From: Azolla caroliniana
Taxonomy: Eukaryota > Plantae > Polypodiophyta
Assembly (NCBI GenBank): GCA_043228905.1
Contig: JBHGNT010000015.1
Location: 18,600,001 to 18,664,000 of the forward strand
Length of the DNA: 64,000 bases
Direction of reading: 5' to 3'
Shown: one piece after another, positions 1 to 13,577 of the stretch
Layout of the letters: each line of letters begins with the position of its first letter
How positions within the stretch are numbered: the stretch's first letter is position 1
The notes under the pieces: generated by a model
The model's database searches: none
Seen by the model: only the letters and a program-made list of their open reading frames with translations
Told to the model about the DNA's origin: nothing
Translations under genes and position numbers: made by a program

Positions 1-43
1 GGCACTCGCTTGGACTACGTATGTGCCCGCATTGCATCCGTAC

Positions 44-183
44 AACACACCCACCCACATACACCCACACACACCCACACACACACCCACACGCACACAC
101 ACTCACACACACACTCTCTCTCACACACGCACACGCGCACACACACACACACACACGCACACGCACACGCACACGCACACACA
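44..183. repeat. (CA)n/(CACG)n compound microsatellite
   Basis: Direct reading; it explains the His/Thr-rich pseudo-ORFs at 10-474. Confidence 0.95.
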
Positions 184-552
184 TCTGTGTCTTCCCTTGC
201 ATTCCCGCATATGAACGAACCGAATAGGGCATGGTCAAATTCGGGACGGAGCCAATGTTTAAGGCTGAGCCTGCTTCTTCAATTTTTTTTTTTTCCGGAG
301 GGTGAGAACGCGAAGAGCATCATCATGTGGCCGACAACTCGGAATCGAGGTGGGGGCGGGCGGGGGGGGGGGGGGGGGACAAAATTGATGAGTAATGGAA
401 TGGTGTGTGAAAGTGGACATTTGGGGGGTGGGGGGATGAAGGGGGTGACCGGGAGGAACCGGCTGAGCCGGTAGGCCTATGAGCTAGGTCTTCTTCTCCC
501 TTTCCTCTTCTTCTTCTTCCTCTTCCTCTTCCTTCCTTTTGTGTGTGTTTTG

Positions 553-770
553 TGAAGAAGAAGAAGAAGAAGAAGAAGAAGAAGGAAGAAGAAGAGAAGG
601 AAGAAGAGAAGAAGAAGGAAGAAGGAGAGAAGGAAGGAAGGAAGAAGAAGAAGGAAAGAAAGAAGACATCTCCTCCTCCTCCTCCTCCTCCTCCTTCTTA
701 AGTTTAAGTTTAAGTTAAGTAAGTAAGTAGCTCTTACTCTTCTTCTTCTTCTTCTTCTTCTTCTTCTTCA
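553..770. repeat. (GAA)n, (CCT)n and (CTT)n simple repeats in the HMGB 5' leader/first intron region
   Basis: Direct reading. A probable 5'UTR intron runs from the gtaagt donor near 719 to the ttgcag acceptor at 1607. Confidence 0.8.
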
Positions 771-1224
771 TCTCTTCTTCTTCCTTCCCCTGCCCTGCTC
801 TGCTCTGCTCTGAGCTTCTGCACAATCTACCCCCTTCCCTTCCGCCATATCCATCTTCTCTGTTTCCTTCTCCCCTCCCTTCCCCTCCCTTCCCCTCCCA
901 TTCTCTTCTGTTTCCCCCTTGAATTCCTCAAATTTCCCTGATTTCTGAAATCTCCCTGATTCCTGATTCCCCGATTTCTGAATTCTCCCCGATTTCTGAA
1001 TTCGTCGCTTCTAATTCCTGATTCCTCCTTCACCTCTGGACTTTCTCCTTCCTCCTTCCTCTTCCATCTCCAAGTTTCTCTCTTCCGTCTTTCTCCATAC
1101 CTGATAACCCCCCCCCCCCCCCCCCTAATCTGAGTTTTCCAGTCTTTCCCTTCCTGTGCGTGTCTTCTTCTTTCTTCTGATCCTCCCGCCCTTCCGTTCT
1201 GATATCTGTACTTTCCCCCCCTTC

Positions 1225-1255
<31 letters not shown>

Positions 1256-1617
1256 CATACCCAAACTCTGATCCCCCTCCCCCTCTCCTTTCTCCATGTC
1301 TGTCTGCAACTTTTCTTCTGTTACCTCCTTCATTCATCTTCCGCCTTTCCCTGTGCTTTTCGCTCTCAGTCTTTTTTCTATCTCCATCGCTCTGTTCTCC
1401 TTTCTCCTTAATTTTTGTTTTTCTTTCTTGCTGTCTTCGTTTTCCTTTTTCTTATCCTCTATCTCTCCTTCCCTCTGCTTTTATGTCTATCTCCTCCTTA
1501 TGCATCGCCTTTTCAGTCTCTGTGTCTTCCCCCTTTCATCTCTTTCCCTTCCTCATGTGCTAACCACCGTCTTTAAAATTCATCTTGTTATCTTTGTTTT
1601 CTTGCAGGAAAGCTTAA

Positions 1618-4477
1618 ATGAAAGGAGGAAAGGCAAAGACTGGTCTGTCCAAACAGACGGAAGAAACGTATGATTCCCTTGAAACCATAGCTCAAATAAT
1701 GATATTCTGTTTTGTTTATTTTTGTTGAATAATCGTCCACAAATTCTCTCTCTATATATACACACACACAGAGTGAGAGTGAGAGATAAATTGTTCCTAT
1801 TGATGCACTTTGAAGTAGATGAATTGTTTCTATGCTAGCCTGACTGATAAAAGATCTGTATGCGTTCTGAAGAACACAAAACATTGATGATTCTTTTTTC
1901 GAAAAGAATCCCTGAATTAGGAGGGTTTTGGCTGAAATAACGAGCGAAACAATCATGATTTTCCGTAGCAAGTGCAATTCACATGATTTCTCTCTGAGTC
2001 CTGTGATACTTAAGGTCTCAGAGTAGGGAATCTCAGTGAGAGTTCGGGAAATGTCCTGATTTTCTACACAAGCATAATTCACTCAATTTGCCTACGATTT
2101 TGCGAGAAGATTTGAAGTAGGCAATAGCTTTGGGAAGTTTTGGAAATTATCTAGGGTCTGATGTTATTCAGAAGTCTCAAAAATCAGGAAATTTAGGAAT
2201 GTCTTTGAAATGTCAAGGTAGGATATTCACGCAGAATGTTTTTGAATTTCTCTTGATTTTCTATATATCATTTGGTATCCCTACAAATTCAAGGTGTTTG
2301 TTTGTTTGGAGTCCCAAGGTAGGAAGCTATGATTAATGGTAATGGGGGAAAATGTCTTCCACAAAGGGCTAACCGTTACCGCAGCACAGAATTCTCAAAT
2401 TAGGAAATTTGATGTGTGAGGATTTTGGAAATGTTGTGAAAATGAATATGAGAGTAGGCCAATCCATTATTTAGGTGTCCAAAGCGGGAACTATTGTGGG
2501 GAAATGTTCTAAATGCTGCAATTGTTGGCCAACTGTTACAATAATCATGTGGCTTACCTGGATTTGTTTATTTTAATTGCATAAAACATTCTATTTTACC
2601 AAGTTTGTTAATTGTATAGCACACAACTTTTGGTCTAGTTCCTCTCCTTTTGATAAGGTGTTCATTTAAGATGATGAAGCCAGATTTTATAAATGCTTAT
2701 TGCAGTCTTTCTAGAGAGACTAAACAGCACATAGGTCTCAAAGTAGGGGAATGTTGTGCGGTGAACCTAGTTTTTCATTTCCTATCATTGAGCATAATGG
2801 CATTAATCCATGCGATTGATTAATTTCTGTAGCTTTTGGCATGCATCATTCTATTAAGCTGAATTTCTACAACTTTTAGCTAGCATTAAAGAAAGTGGGA
2901 GTTTTTAATATGTTGAATTCCATGTTTTTCACATGCGGTAATCTCTGGCACGGATATGCATAAACATTTCAAAGAACAAGTTTTTATTTGACATTGTTTA
3001 ATGGCATGAATCCATTCCATTGACATAAACGTTTTTTAGCTTTGACACAAATAATTCTACTGAACCGAATTTCTACAATGTCAAGCACTTAAGATAGCAG
3101 AAATTTTAAGATGCTGAATTATTTAGTACACAGCAAACTCTAGCACAGATATGCATAAAGCACATGCAAAAGTGCATGAATTTATGGGGGTCTGGGCTTA
3201 AATGGAGAAACCCATGTTATTATTCATGATGTAGGAACTTGAAGAAAAAGAAGCAGATTGCAGCCAAGGATGATAAGGCTAAGAAGAAACAGACAGCCAA
3301 GGATCTTAAGGGGAAGAAAGATCCTAATAAGCCAAAGAGGCCTGCCACCGCTTTCTTTGTGTTCTTGTAAGTCACCCGTTGAACTTAATATTCAGGTATC
3401 ATAGCTATTCTTTGGGTTTAAATTTGTTTTTAAAAGGTCCGTTTAAATGATGGATGAAACAGGGAGGAGTTCAGAAAGACTTTCAATGCCAGCCATCCCA
3501 ACAACAAATCTGTATCTGCGGTAAGAAACTGAACTGACTCTTCACCCACTAAATGTTAAAATATCCAATCCAATTGGACATTCATGGATATCTGCTTTGT
3601 TCATGGTTTATTCGTAATGCATTTTTCTGATATGTAACAAATTCCTTTTTATATTAGTCTATCATTTTCGTGGTTCCCAAAGGTAGAAGCGTCATGTTGT
3701 TGTTTCATGCCATATGATTAACACGACAGGCTTCATTTTCACTTCTAGGTTGGCAAAGCAGGAGGAGATAAATGGAAGTCATTGACTGAGGCGGTATGAC
3801 AAATGTTCCTCATTATATACATCTTTCGGCTCACATATATTAAATAAAGTTATTTGACATGACTTTCTGCCTACTCTTGCAGGAAAAAGCACCCTATGTT
3901 GCCAAGGCTGCTGCCAGGAAGGCAGAATATGAAAAAACAGTGAAGGCATACAACGCGAAGCAGGTAATTTAAGGTTCTGATGTTTGAGTTTTAGCCCACA
4001 AGTCTGAATGATCAATTCATTAATCTGTATATTTAAAAGGGGGAGAAGCTCTGAAATAACCTTGTTGTCTTCTTCCTACATGGCAAATGCATTGGCCATA
4101 TAGCTGTGTTCAAATACAAGATATAACTGTTAGAGAGAGATTTGGGTAAATAATTAAAATGTAGACGCAATTGGGGAAGTAAAGAACCTTAGGGATGTTT
4201 CGGATGTTTTTTATTTCTATTTAAACTTCACATGAGTCACTTCTTTTGCTTTATCTTTCAAATTTTTTTAGGAAAAGGCTTCAGCCGAGGAAGAGTCGGA
4301 AAAATCTGATGTAAATGATGATGAAGAAGGAAGTGATGAAGTATGCAATCTTTCATTAAGCACTTACATTTGATTGTGTTTTTACTGTTTCTTTTTCTAT
4401 ACGTCATTGTTGTTTTAATGTTTCTGTGTTGGTCTACTTTTCAATATATGCAGGATGATGGAGATGATGATGAATGA
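1618..4477 (+). CDS. HMGB: High mobility group B protein (plant HMGB, about 152 aa)
   Basis: Seven GT-AG coding exons: 1618-1667, 3235-3366, 3463-3520, 3749-3793, 3883-3963, 4272-4340, 4454-4477. They splice in frame to MKGGKAK...KDPNKPKRPATAFFVFLEEFRKTF...VGKAGGDKWKSLTEAEKAPYVAKA...acidic tail DDGDDDE*, i.e. basic N-terminus, HMG box and acidic C-terminus. Confidence 0.95.
2797..3159. repeat. Diverged ~200-bp tandem duplication in HMGB intron
   Basis: 2797-2964 aligns with 3000-3159 (aatggcat.aatccat ... gaatttctacaa ... gatatgcataaa). Confidence 0.75.
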
Positions 4478-4516
4478 GCCGTCTAATGTCGAAGATTATT
4501 CTCTGCTGAACAAGAG

Positions 4517-5641
4517 GTGAGTAAGTAATATTCGTTTTTCAGATTATTCAAATGTGTCCACTTATTTTTCCTATCATGAGCGTGTTTCCTCTCTCCTTCT
4601 ATAATGCTCGTCGGTTTGAAAAACAATTTTTTCTGAGTAAATTTTCAAGCTTGTTTGTTCTTATTTCTTTTCTGGCCCTTATTCAGTACAAAAAACTTAT
4701 TATACAAGAAAATGTCTTTTTGAACTCTCATGTTTGTTTCTCTTTGGATGAATCCCTTAGTTTCTTCTGATTTACTTTGTTCTGACTGGTTTAATAAACT
4801 GTGGCGTTTGACATTTTGTTGATGATCTCTGTGTCATGGTAATGATGTTCTGGATTTTCTATATATATATCCACCTCATTAAGATGAACTTCTCTCATAT
4901 TATAGATTCTATCACTTATGTTTGTCTGGTTTTTATGCATTTATTCTTGATACCCTTGAAAAAGAATCTTCCAATATACTTGTGCATTTTTAGTTTCCCA
5001 ATGTCCTGGAGTTTTTCGTTATTTCCCTGATGCGCTTAATTAACTCCCAAAACATATTATATGTGCTATTTCAGCAATTATAGGGTCAATTCATCCCCTT
5101 TTTCTGTCTTAAAATGGGTGTTGACGAAGAGTTTCTGAGGAGATAACAAAACCTCAGGGACATTCTGAGAAACAAGGAAAAACTGGGGTGGTTTTTTGGT
5201 TTTCTTTTCCTTCATATTATTGTTAGTATTTCTATCTCTCGGATATGGTTCACGTAAGTGCACTTATATGGAAGCCCAAAAATGATTCACATCTTATAAA
5301 GGTAATGTTGATTCGAATGGAGGAAAGAACTGTTGGTGATATTGAAGTCCCAAAACAAATATTCACCAATAATCCAAAAATATTCCTGGAAAGACATCGA
5401 AAGGCGAGAATGGTTTTTGGGCTTCCAAGTCAAGTGCACATTGAGTAAAACATGACAAAGAGATAGAAGTATCAGTAATAAAACTGGAAGAAAAATTCCA
5501 AAAGTGACTCAAGTTCTCCTTTTATTTCCCCAAATGCCACATATATGTGTATATATACATTGATGGGCATCTTTTGGATTATTATGGGCTGGAATGACTT
5601 GTTTTCTTGCGATACACACTCATATATTTACTTCTTTGCAG
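4517..5641 (+). other. HMGB 3'UTR intron (predicted)
   Basis: Donor GAG|GTGAGT 39 nt after the stop codon; polypyrimidine acceptor cttctttgcag ending at 5641. Confidence 0.65.
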
Positions 5642-8175
5642 GATACTTACAGTTCCCGCTCATCTCGGTTTGTATAATGTTTGAAGTTTAGCAGCAACAC
5701 CTTAAAAAGGAAAGACGAGCTCTACTTACTGCTCTTGTATGGAAAGGGGGGGGCAAAAGACAATTTGCATTTACTGCAAAAGTTTGTTGTGCTACGATTT
5801 GGTTTTTTAATCAGTAATTTTACTCTCTTTTTGTGCTATCCTCCAGCTTATTATTAGGTGTCTTTGATTTGACTGTTGAACTAAGATTGTTTTTTTTATG
5901 AGTACTGATTTGGTAGTAGCAGTAAGTAGTAGTGCAAAATTGCGGGACTTGTTATCTGATGATTAAAATGTGTGTATGTATATAGACTGTTGTTGGAGAG
6001 GCTAGGGAAGTTTATGCTTGTATTTTATATAGACAAAATGTGTATGTACATATTGTCTCAAGTTACTCTCAACAATATGTTATCATTCATTCTATTGAAG
6101 AATATGATAAAGCAAAGGTGTTTCTTCTAGCTTCATCATGTTAATACTCTTATCTGGGATGAGGCCGAACTTTGGATACAGTTCGGATATGTAGCATGGT
6201 TTTAATCCTATATACTAAGCACTTAGGCTTGAGCCAAATCATGAATCTCGAGTTGGCAGTTTATTTATCATGTATGCATAGGCTTTTATGTTTGTGTGCA
6301 TCTGAATTCATTGGAAAGTTGCATCCTCTTTGTGAAAAGCAACGAAGCTGGTTATGGATGCAAAAATGATGTGCAAAGTTATGGATTTGTATACTGTAGC
6401 TGTGTTATATCATGTATTATGTTCTACTAAAATACATACGGATGTTATGGGTTTGAATATCATAGCTATATTAAATCATGCATTATGTTCTAGTAAAGCC
6501 CCCTTAACTATGTTAGAGTTTGCCATTTCTCTCGATGCTATATATGGAAAGGATTAACATCTACACATTTGGCGCTCTAAAGTAAACTATATGAGAGCAT
6601 TTGTATGGGAGAGACATGTGACATCTTTCATTCCTTGTTATGCCTCCTTAACCCCTTACATGTGATTCTTTCTAAGGGTGAAATATCCTTGGAAGATGGG
6701 GGATGGATTCTCGTTTTTGAGATTTTTGTATTTTTCTCGTTAAGTCTACTTTTGATTTGGGTCATATATGTATACATTTAGTGTGAGTACATTGTTGATA
6801 TGATCTTATAGAATGAGGTTGTCGTTAAGTCAATCTAGGGTAGATATTTGAGTTGTGAGTGCATCATTTAATTTGCATATTATGGGTCGAATTTGCTTGC
6901 TCTTTCATTGGGTTCACAAAATCTGTATTCAAATGGGCCTTCATTTTTCATTTTTCATTTTTCATTTTTCATTTTTCATTGTGTGCTAACACAGATTCTA
7001 GAACTTTGTCTTGCCATTCCATTTTCCTTATTTCTCTTCGATCAAAGTATGAGTGATGCATGCACAAGGTCTACTGGAATGCACTTGTCTATCTCTTAGG
7101 GTTGCTACTAATAAGAACAAATGATTGGTCAAAGGTGGTGGTGGCTAGTTGATCCATAGGTTTAGTGATACCATTCCACTATAAGATGTGATCAATATCT
7201 CCACAATATATCGACAAAACCTCAATTTATCTTCCTTTCTTTATAGATGAATTATAGAAGGTAGGACGAATGGCTCCAAACATACATATACATGAAACAC
7301 CAAGCTCTTCCATTATGATAATGCACTAGGAAACAACCCCTTGCTATTCTAGTGGGTTGGTTCTTACATTACATTATGCCATACACATCATTACTATCCA
7401 ACAATTAGACAATAGGCAATGTTGCAATGCGTTTACGCATGTGACCATGTGAACATTCAGGATACATTGAAACAAAGCCAAGATGTATGGCATTGCATTA
7501 TATCGTCTAGCTTAGCCTCTTGTCCAAGGATGAGTGCAGTCAATGACTACCTTTCTTTATTGTGGATTCCGATTCCGCCAACCTAAATCGATAGGATTCT
7601 TTCATAAAACCCTTGAGATTTGAATGTTCACATACTAAATCGTGTTACTCGTATGTGGGCCTCTTTAACTTGTGAACCAAGAGGATTCTCAAGCAGGCTT
7701 CCTCACAAGAGTTGTTATTGATTCTGTTCATAATGGGTAGTTATTAGTTCAGACCATAATGGACAACAAACATCCAAATAATACGAGTATTAACATTTCA
7801 CGAACCCGTTACTGTATGTGTCTGTCGCCTCATTCATTATAAGCTATGTCAACTTCACGATGGACTCCTAGCTGTTATGACCTAGGCTCTTGCGAGTTAG
7901 CGACAGGAGGCTCCGCAACGGAGGGTTTTTTCTTCTCCTTCTTTTGTGGTGGTGGGTGCTGGCGGACATGACTTGGGCAGGTTGGCGGGCATGTCTATGG
8001 GTGGCTGGCGGGTTTCTCTCTAGCAGGCATGTCTAGGGCAGGCGAGCGGGTATCTCTCGGGGTGGACTTGACTCAGGTAGGCGGACATCTCTTGGGAAAG
8101 GGGGCGGACATGTCTCGGGCGGGCGGACATCATCTCATCGACAAGAGACAACCCGATCCGACTAAACTCTATCTC

Positions 8176-8289
8176 TTTCTTCTTCTTCTTCTTCTTCTTC
8201 TTCTTCTTCTGGTTGGGCCATGGATGATGGGGTATGTATGTATGTATGTATGTATGTATGTATGTATGTATGTATGTATGTATGTATGC
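8176..8289. repeat. (TTC)n and (TATG)n microsatellites
   Basis: Direct reading. Confidence 0.95.
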
Positions 8290-8635
8290 ATATGGCCATA
8301 GCTTCTTCCTTCCATGTATGTAATACAGCAGGCCCTCAGATGAAGATAAAAGCAGGAGATCCCGATAAGAACAGAAGAAGACGCAGAGACAAGTGGCAAT
8401 GAAAAGCTTCTTCCGATCCCAATCATTCCCTGCACCTCCTCTTTTCATCACCGCCCACTTGATTTGATTCGATGCCATCTATGGCCATGCCTCCTCCTCC
8501 TATTCCTCTTCTTCTTCTCTTTAATACTCCCTCTCTTCCCTGCAATCTGATGATGATGGTGATGGTGATGGCGGTGATGAATTGTGAGCTTCTTTCGTAA
8601 CGATATCTGATGCAGAACTTGCCTCAGTCCGCATC

Positions 8636-8909
8636 TTCTCTTCTTTACAGCTCCCTTCTAATCTTTCAATCTTCTTGATGATATACGACAGTGATCTTAA
8701 TCTTCTCTTCTTTACAGCTCCCTTCTTATCTTTCAATCTTCTTGATGATATACGACAGTGATCTTAATCTTCTCCTCTTTATAGCTCCCTTCTAATCTTT
8801 CTATCTTCTTGATCATATACGACAGTGATCTTAATCTTCTCCTCTTTATAGCTCCCTTCTAATCTTTCTATCTTCTTGATCATATACGACAGTGATCTTA
8901 ATCTTCTTG
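8636..8909 (+). repeat. 67-bp tandem array (~4 copies) upstream of TPR gene
   Basis: atatacgacagtgatcttaatcttct recurs at 8681, 8748, 8815 and 8882 (period 67). Confidence 0.95.
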
Positions 8910-9043
8910 ACGACGACGCAGACCACTTTTCTGCGTATAATCTCTTCTTCAAAACCCTTCCTGTTTTTCTGTTTAATCTATAAGCATTTCATCTACCCGG
9001 ATTTCTGTACACACATTCTCTCCTTCGTCTTCTCTTTAGCGAT

Positions 9044-11758
9044 ATGCCTCTCAGGACATCTTCTCAAGGGAGCCTATTCTTCAAGAACCTTATGTCAGGA
9101 CCTGATCTTTCAAGCCAAGACATAATCTCTTCAGATCAATCATCCCACGGAATTTCCAACAGCTCAAGAAACGTCTGTTTCTTGCAATCTCCGTCTGATC
9201 ATCGGAGATCTGTCTTACTACCTTCTTCACCTTCTCCTTCGTCTGCTTCTGCTGCTGCTTCTTCTTGCTCTAGCCTCTGCAGAACTCGATCAGATGGAGC
9301 TTCTCTTCCTTTTTCATATGCCTTACTGACCATCAATGCAGATCACAGGAAGCAAGAATTAGCGTCAAGTTCTAGCTATGGCACAAAACTTGGGAATGGA
9401 AGAGAAAGAAGAGGAGGAAGACAAAAAAGATCGTCCTCAGATGCTGTTCAGAAGAGATCTGTATGTGAGTCTGCCAAAAACATGTCTTTTGTCAGTAAAC
9501 AGACTATTTCTGAAGGTCTTGAGAAGGATGATGATGATGATGATGATGATATGCCACGATTAGAGAAGCACGGTTCTTTGTCTGTGGATCGCTCTGATGT
9601 TCTGAGTATGGTTGGACATGAAGATATATCAGAAGAAAAGCACGGGTTATTGCCTTTGTTTGCTGCAGGTCGATATGATTTTGTGCAAAATAAGGTAAGA
9701 AACGATGGAAAATCAGAAGAAAAGCACAGCTTATCATTGCCTTCATTGGCTATGAGTCGATCCGATTTTGTTCAAAACAAGGAAAGAAATGATGCAAGAG
9801 CAGAAGAGAAGCAGAGCTCACTATCTTTACTTGCTCTGGATTCACCTGATTCTGTGTCGAGGAAGTTAAAAAATGATGAGAAGATGCAAGGATTTACATC
9901 AGAAGACGGAGAGGTTTTCAGTAGCGTGAGCTTCAGCTCCAGTGGAGTTCCTTTAGCATGCAATGGGAAAGGATGCAGACCGCTAACGCTGTCCGAGAGA
10001 AAAACATTAGGGTTTATGGGATCAAACCATGGTTCTGGATTTGGAGATGGGGATGGAGATAAAGAAAATAGCGAAGCTTACTTCCAGAATCTCTTACAAT
10101 CAGATCCTCAGAATCCATTGCTTCTTAGAAACTATGCACAGTTTCTTTCTGAGGTTAGTTGTCTCAGCTATACCAAGGTTTTTGCAGCTTTCCATGTGAT
10201 TTTTGGAGATTCTGGTGTGGTTTTTGGAGATCTTTGTGTGTTCACATGTTCCAACATATAAATCCTTCTAGTATATGTTCTAATATGCTAGATTACGTGA
10301 TACCACTATCCACAAGATTTTTCCCATGAGTTTTTGAAAGCTTTTCATTAAATGTTTTGTGATGTATAAATTATTCTACCAAGTTAGGATCCATACTAGT
10401 ATTATTCTACAAATATCCTTTTTGAAACGAATGTCCTTTGGAGTTTATCATGAAACATTTTGCAATAACATATAAATCATTGTAACTTGTTTGGATCCAT
10501 GATGCCATTGTCTGCAAATGAGCTGAGTTCTTTATGTTATATAGCGATTCTTGAACATTTTTCTTTGTTTTTATTTTGCTGCAGTGGATTTCTTGAGTAT
10601 TTTCACTGCGACATGCAAAATCATTTACATCATGTTTGCTCTATCATATACTATCAATTATCTACACTTATATTCTCTTTATATTGTGTGCAGGAAAAGG
10701 GAGATTTTAAGAGGTCTGAAGAGTATTATGAAAGGGCCATCTTAGCAGAGCCCAATGATGGAGAAGTGCTCTCTCAATATGCACAATTGCAATGGAATGT
10801 TCATGGAGATAAAGATCGAGCCGAAATATATTACAACCAAGCCATCGAGGCTGCCCCTGAAGACTGGTATGAGTACCATAACATCCTGAAATACCACTAA
10901 TTGCCATGTATTTACCAGAACAACTGTAAGTCTGAAAATGACCAGAATAACTGTGTAGTAGTAGTTTTTGTACGTCAGAGAGACAAGTACAAACTAATGA
11001 GATGAGTATGCTCTACGGAACCCAACTAATAAGGTAATTGATCTCCACAAGAGCAATTGGTGAATGTTTTCGAGGAAACCATCCATGCCAAACTGGCCTC
11101 TTTATGGACGATAAAAATTCTAATTCTAATTCTAATAGATCACTACAAAGTCTAGGTTCATGAAAGTGGGACACAAATCTGGTGGATTGGTAGTAATGAA
11201 TGGAAAAATAGATTTAGAATGCCACAAAGAGGTTGGGTTTAGATGCCCATGAGTTTGAGATCTAGTTAGCAATATTTTAAGGTATGTTAACCTTCAGTTG
11301 TTTTTATCAGAAACATGTTACTCTGGAAAGGTTTCTTGTTTTTCACACCTAATCATCTGCACAGCAAATACGTTGGACTAGAATTTACAACCCAGTCCGA
11401 TCCTAAGAGATTTGATGCATGTTTGTTTGCATAGTATGTGTGCCTGAGACATGTGGAGATTATTAAAAAGAGACAGGTGAAAAAAAGAACTAGGTAGGGC
11501 AATATATTAAAGGAGTGTAGTACAGACAAAATTTTAACAATCTTTGATACGCCAACAAGCTATAAAAGATTGTCTGATTTTATTTTCACTTCATTTTGCA
11601 GCTATGTAATGGCATCCTATGCATCCTTTCTATGGGATGCAGAAGAAGACGATTACACCGAAGAAGAAAATAAGAAGTCTTCTCTTCCTGGAATGCCTGT
11701 CCATGAAACATTGTCCTCTCAGGCACTCGTTTCTACCCCTTTGATGGCATCTGTGTAG
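9044..11758 (+). CDS. Plant TPR-like superfamily protein (disordered Ser-rich N-terminus, C-terminal TPR region), about 479 aa
   Basis: Exons 9044-10153, 10694-10866, 11602-11758 splice in frame: ...EAYFQNLLQSDPQNPLLLRNYAQFLSE|EKGDFKRSEEYYERAILAEPNDGEVLSQYAQLQW...APEDC|YVMASYASFLWDAEEDD. This is a motif set typical of a conserved plant TPR family. Confidence 0.9.
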
Positions 11759-13577
11759 ATATGCTATTGTATTTATGGAAATAATTTCCGTCTTGCATGT
11801 TTATTTATGTGTATATATATATATATATATATACATATGTATAGTTTTTTATATGAACTTGATCTTCAACTTTAGGTCTCTTGCATTTGGGTATTAAAGT
11901 TTCTAGCTATTAGAGACCTTAGGCTATTATTAATACATCTTATTTTGGGATCAAGCAATTCACATGTTTATAGGTTTTAGTTGTGTAAATGGTCTTATTA
12001 AGGTGCACAGCTAGCATTCAGTATATGTTGGCAAAATTGCTGTGGAGCAATGAGTAAGCGAACAACAAATATTTGGTAAACAAAAAGTTTTCCGTGAAGT
12101 TGCTCCTGCGCAGGCATGCATCCTTTTCGTGATATGCCTGAATTGAGTATGAGAATGTAACTGAATGCCCCTCTCCTTGGTTATACTCACGTATTATTTA
12201 CTTTGTGAAGCTTGTGTAATTATTAAAATACAAGCCTTTTGAAATCATTGTTGTGAATACAGTTCAGTATTTTGGTTTTATATACTCTTGCACATGAGGA
12301 GGCTTTCATATTCTTACTTGCATGCATAATCTCTATATCGAATGATGGATATGTATCTATACATGTCCTTCCACATGTTATCATGTTACTCATCAGCTAT
12401 AAATTATATGAATGATGATGTTAGAGTTTTTGAGGCATGTTAACTGTGGCCTGCTTTATCTGTCGAATTATATGCTATAAAGTTTGTGCATTATTAGTAC
12501 AAACCCTGAACTTTTAATGCTTGTCCTTATCATACGAATTATTACTTCTTATCCTTACGATATAAATTATATGTACAAGTAATATAGTACCTTAATATGT
12601 AAAGACATCTCATCCTTATGGTGAGCACTATTGATGCAAACAAATTTGTACATTGATGTTTTGTGAAAGGAGCATTTATCTATCTTATTAATGTATATTG
12701 GTAACTTACTATTCAATGTATGGCCAGAAAAGTCATTTGGTCCATAAAGATGGAGACAAGTACCTCTGGTGACATTGGATTGATATGTTGCGTTGTTTGT
12801 TTTTCTGTGTTATTTAAATGCATAACTGATGAGAAGTTCAAGGATGTGTTTGTGAAGATGTGATTGCGCTATATTTAAATCTACTCTACATGTGTACAAC
12901 TATAGCTAACAGAAGGTTCAGTGGACATTTGGGCAGAATTATGTGGTGATTTGATTGAATATTGTGTTGAACCATTGTATACTTATATCCTATCAGAAAA
13001 GGAGCATTTAGATTCGTGGTTGTAAGAGCTGCCCATCAACCTATATCAAGGTATTAAGATTTTGATGATCAACAATCCTGGTTTGACCAATCACGGTCTG
13101 CCTTGATTGCTTCATGGAAATTGAAATAACATGTTCATTATTCAGGACTTCAGCTATATGCTCCTATTATGAGATATGGTGCCTTCAGTAATTAACATAC
13201 AAGCAAATTAAGTAACTCTATGTATCCCTCATTAGCAATTTATGTAAAAGATTGTCAAAATTAGCTTTATGAATAAATCATCATTCAAAAGTTGTCTTGC
13301 TCAACCACATGTTTGAGATTAGGTATCCATATATTGACTTTCCCGTTATATCCATCTATCTCAAACCTCCAATATTATCGAACTTATTGCATTCTCCAAA
13401 AAAACTCCATTAGGGACGCGATATATCCATCTTATGTGGAGGCCCATTGACTCAATCAAGAAAGGGAGAGGACGACCATGTTGGTGCATTCTTGAATTTG
13501 ACTATATTTCAGTCTCTAGCTAAATTAATTAGAATTGCACCTTGTTTTCATGTCCACTTTTGTTTTCTTTTAAAACA

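Noticed and set aside
10-1673. His/Thr-rich, Glu/Arg-rich and Phe/Ser-rich ORFs
   Set aside because: They are translations of microsatellites and a pyrimidine-rich 5'UTR intron, with no domain motifs.
2670-2730. Intronic C/D-box snoRNA candidates (ATGATGA at 2671 and similar sites)
   Set aside because: No appropriately placed D box or terminal stem.
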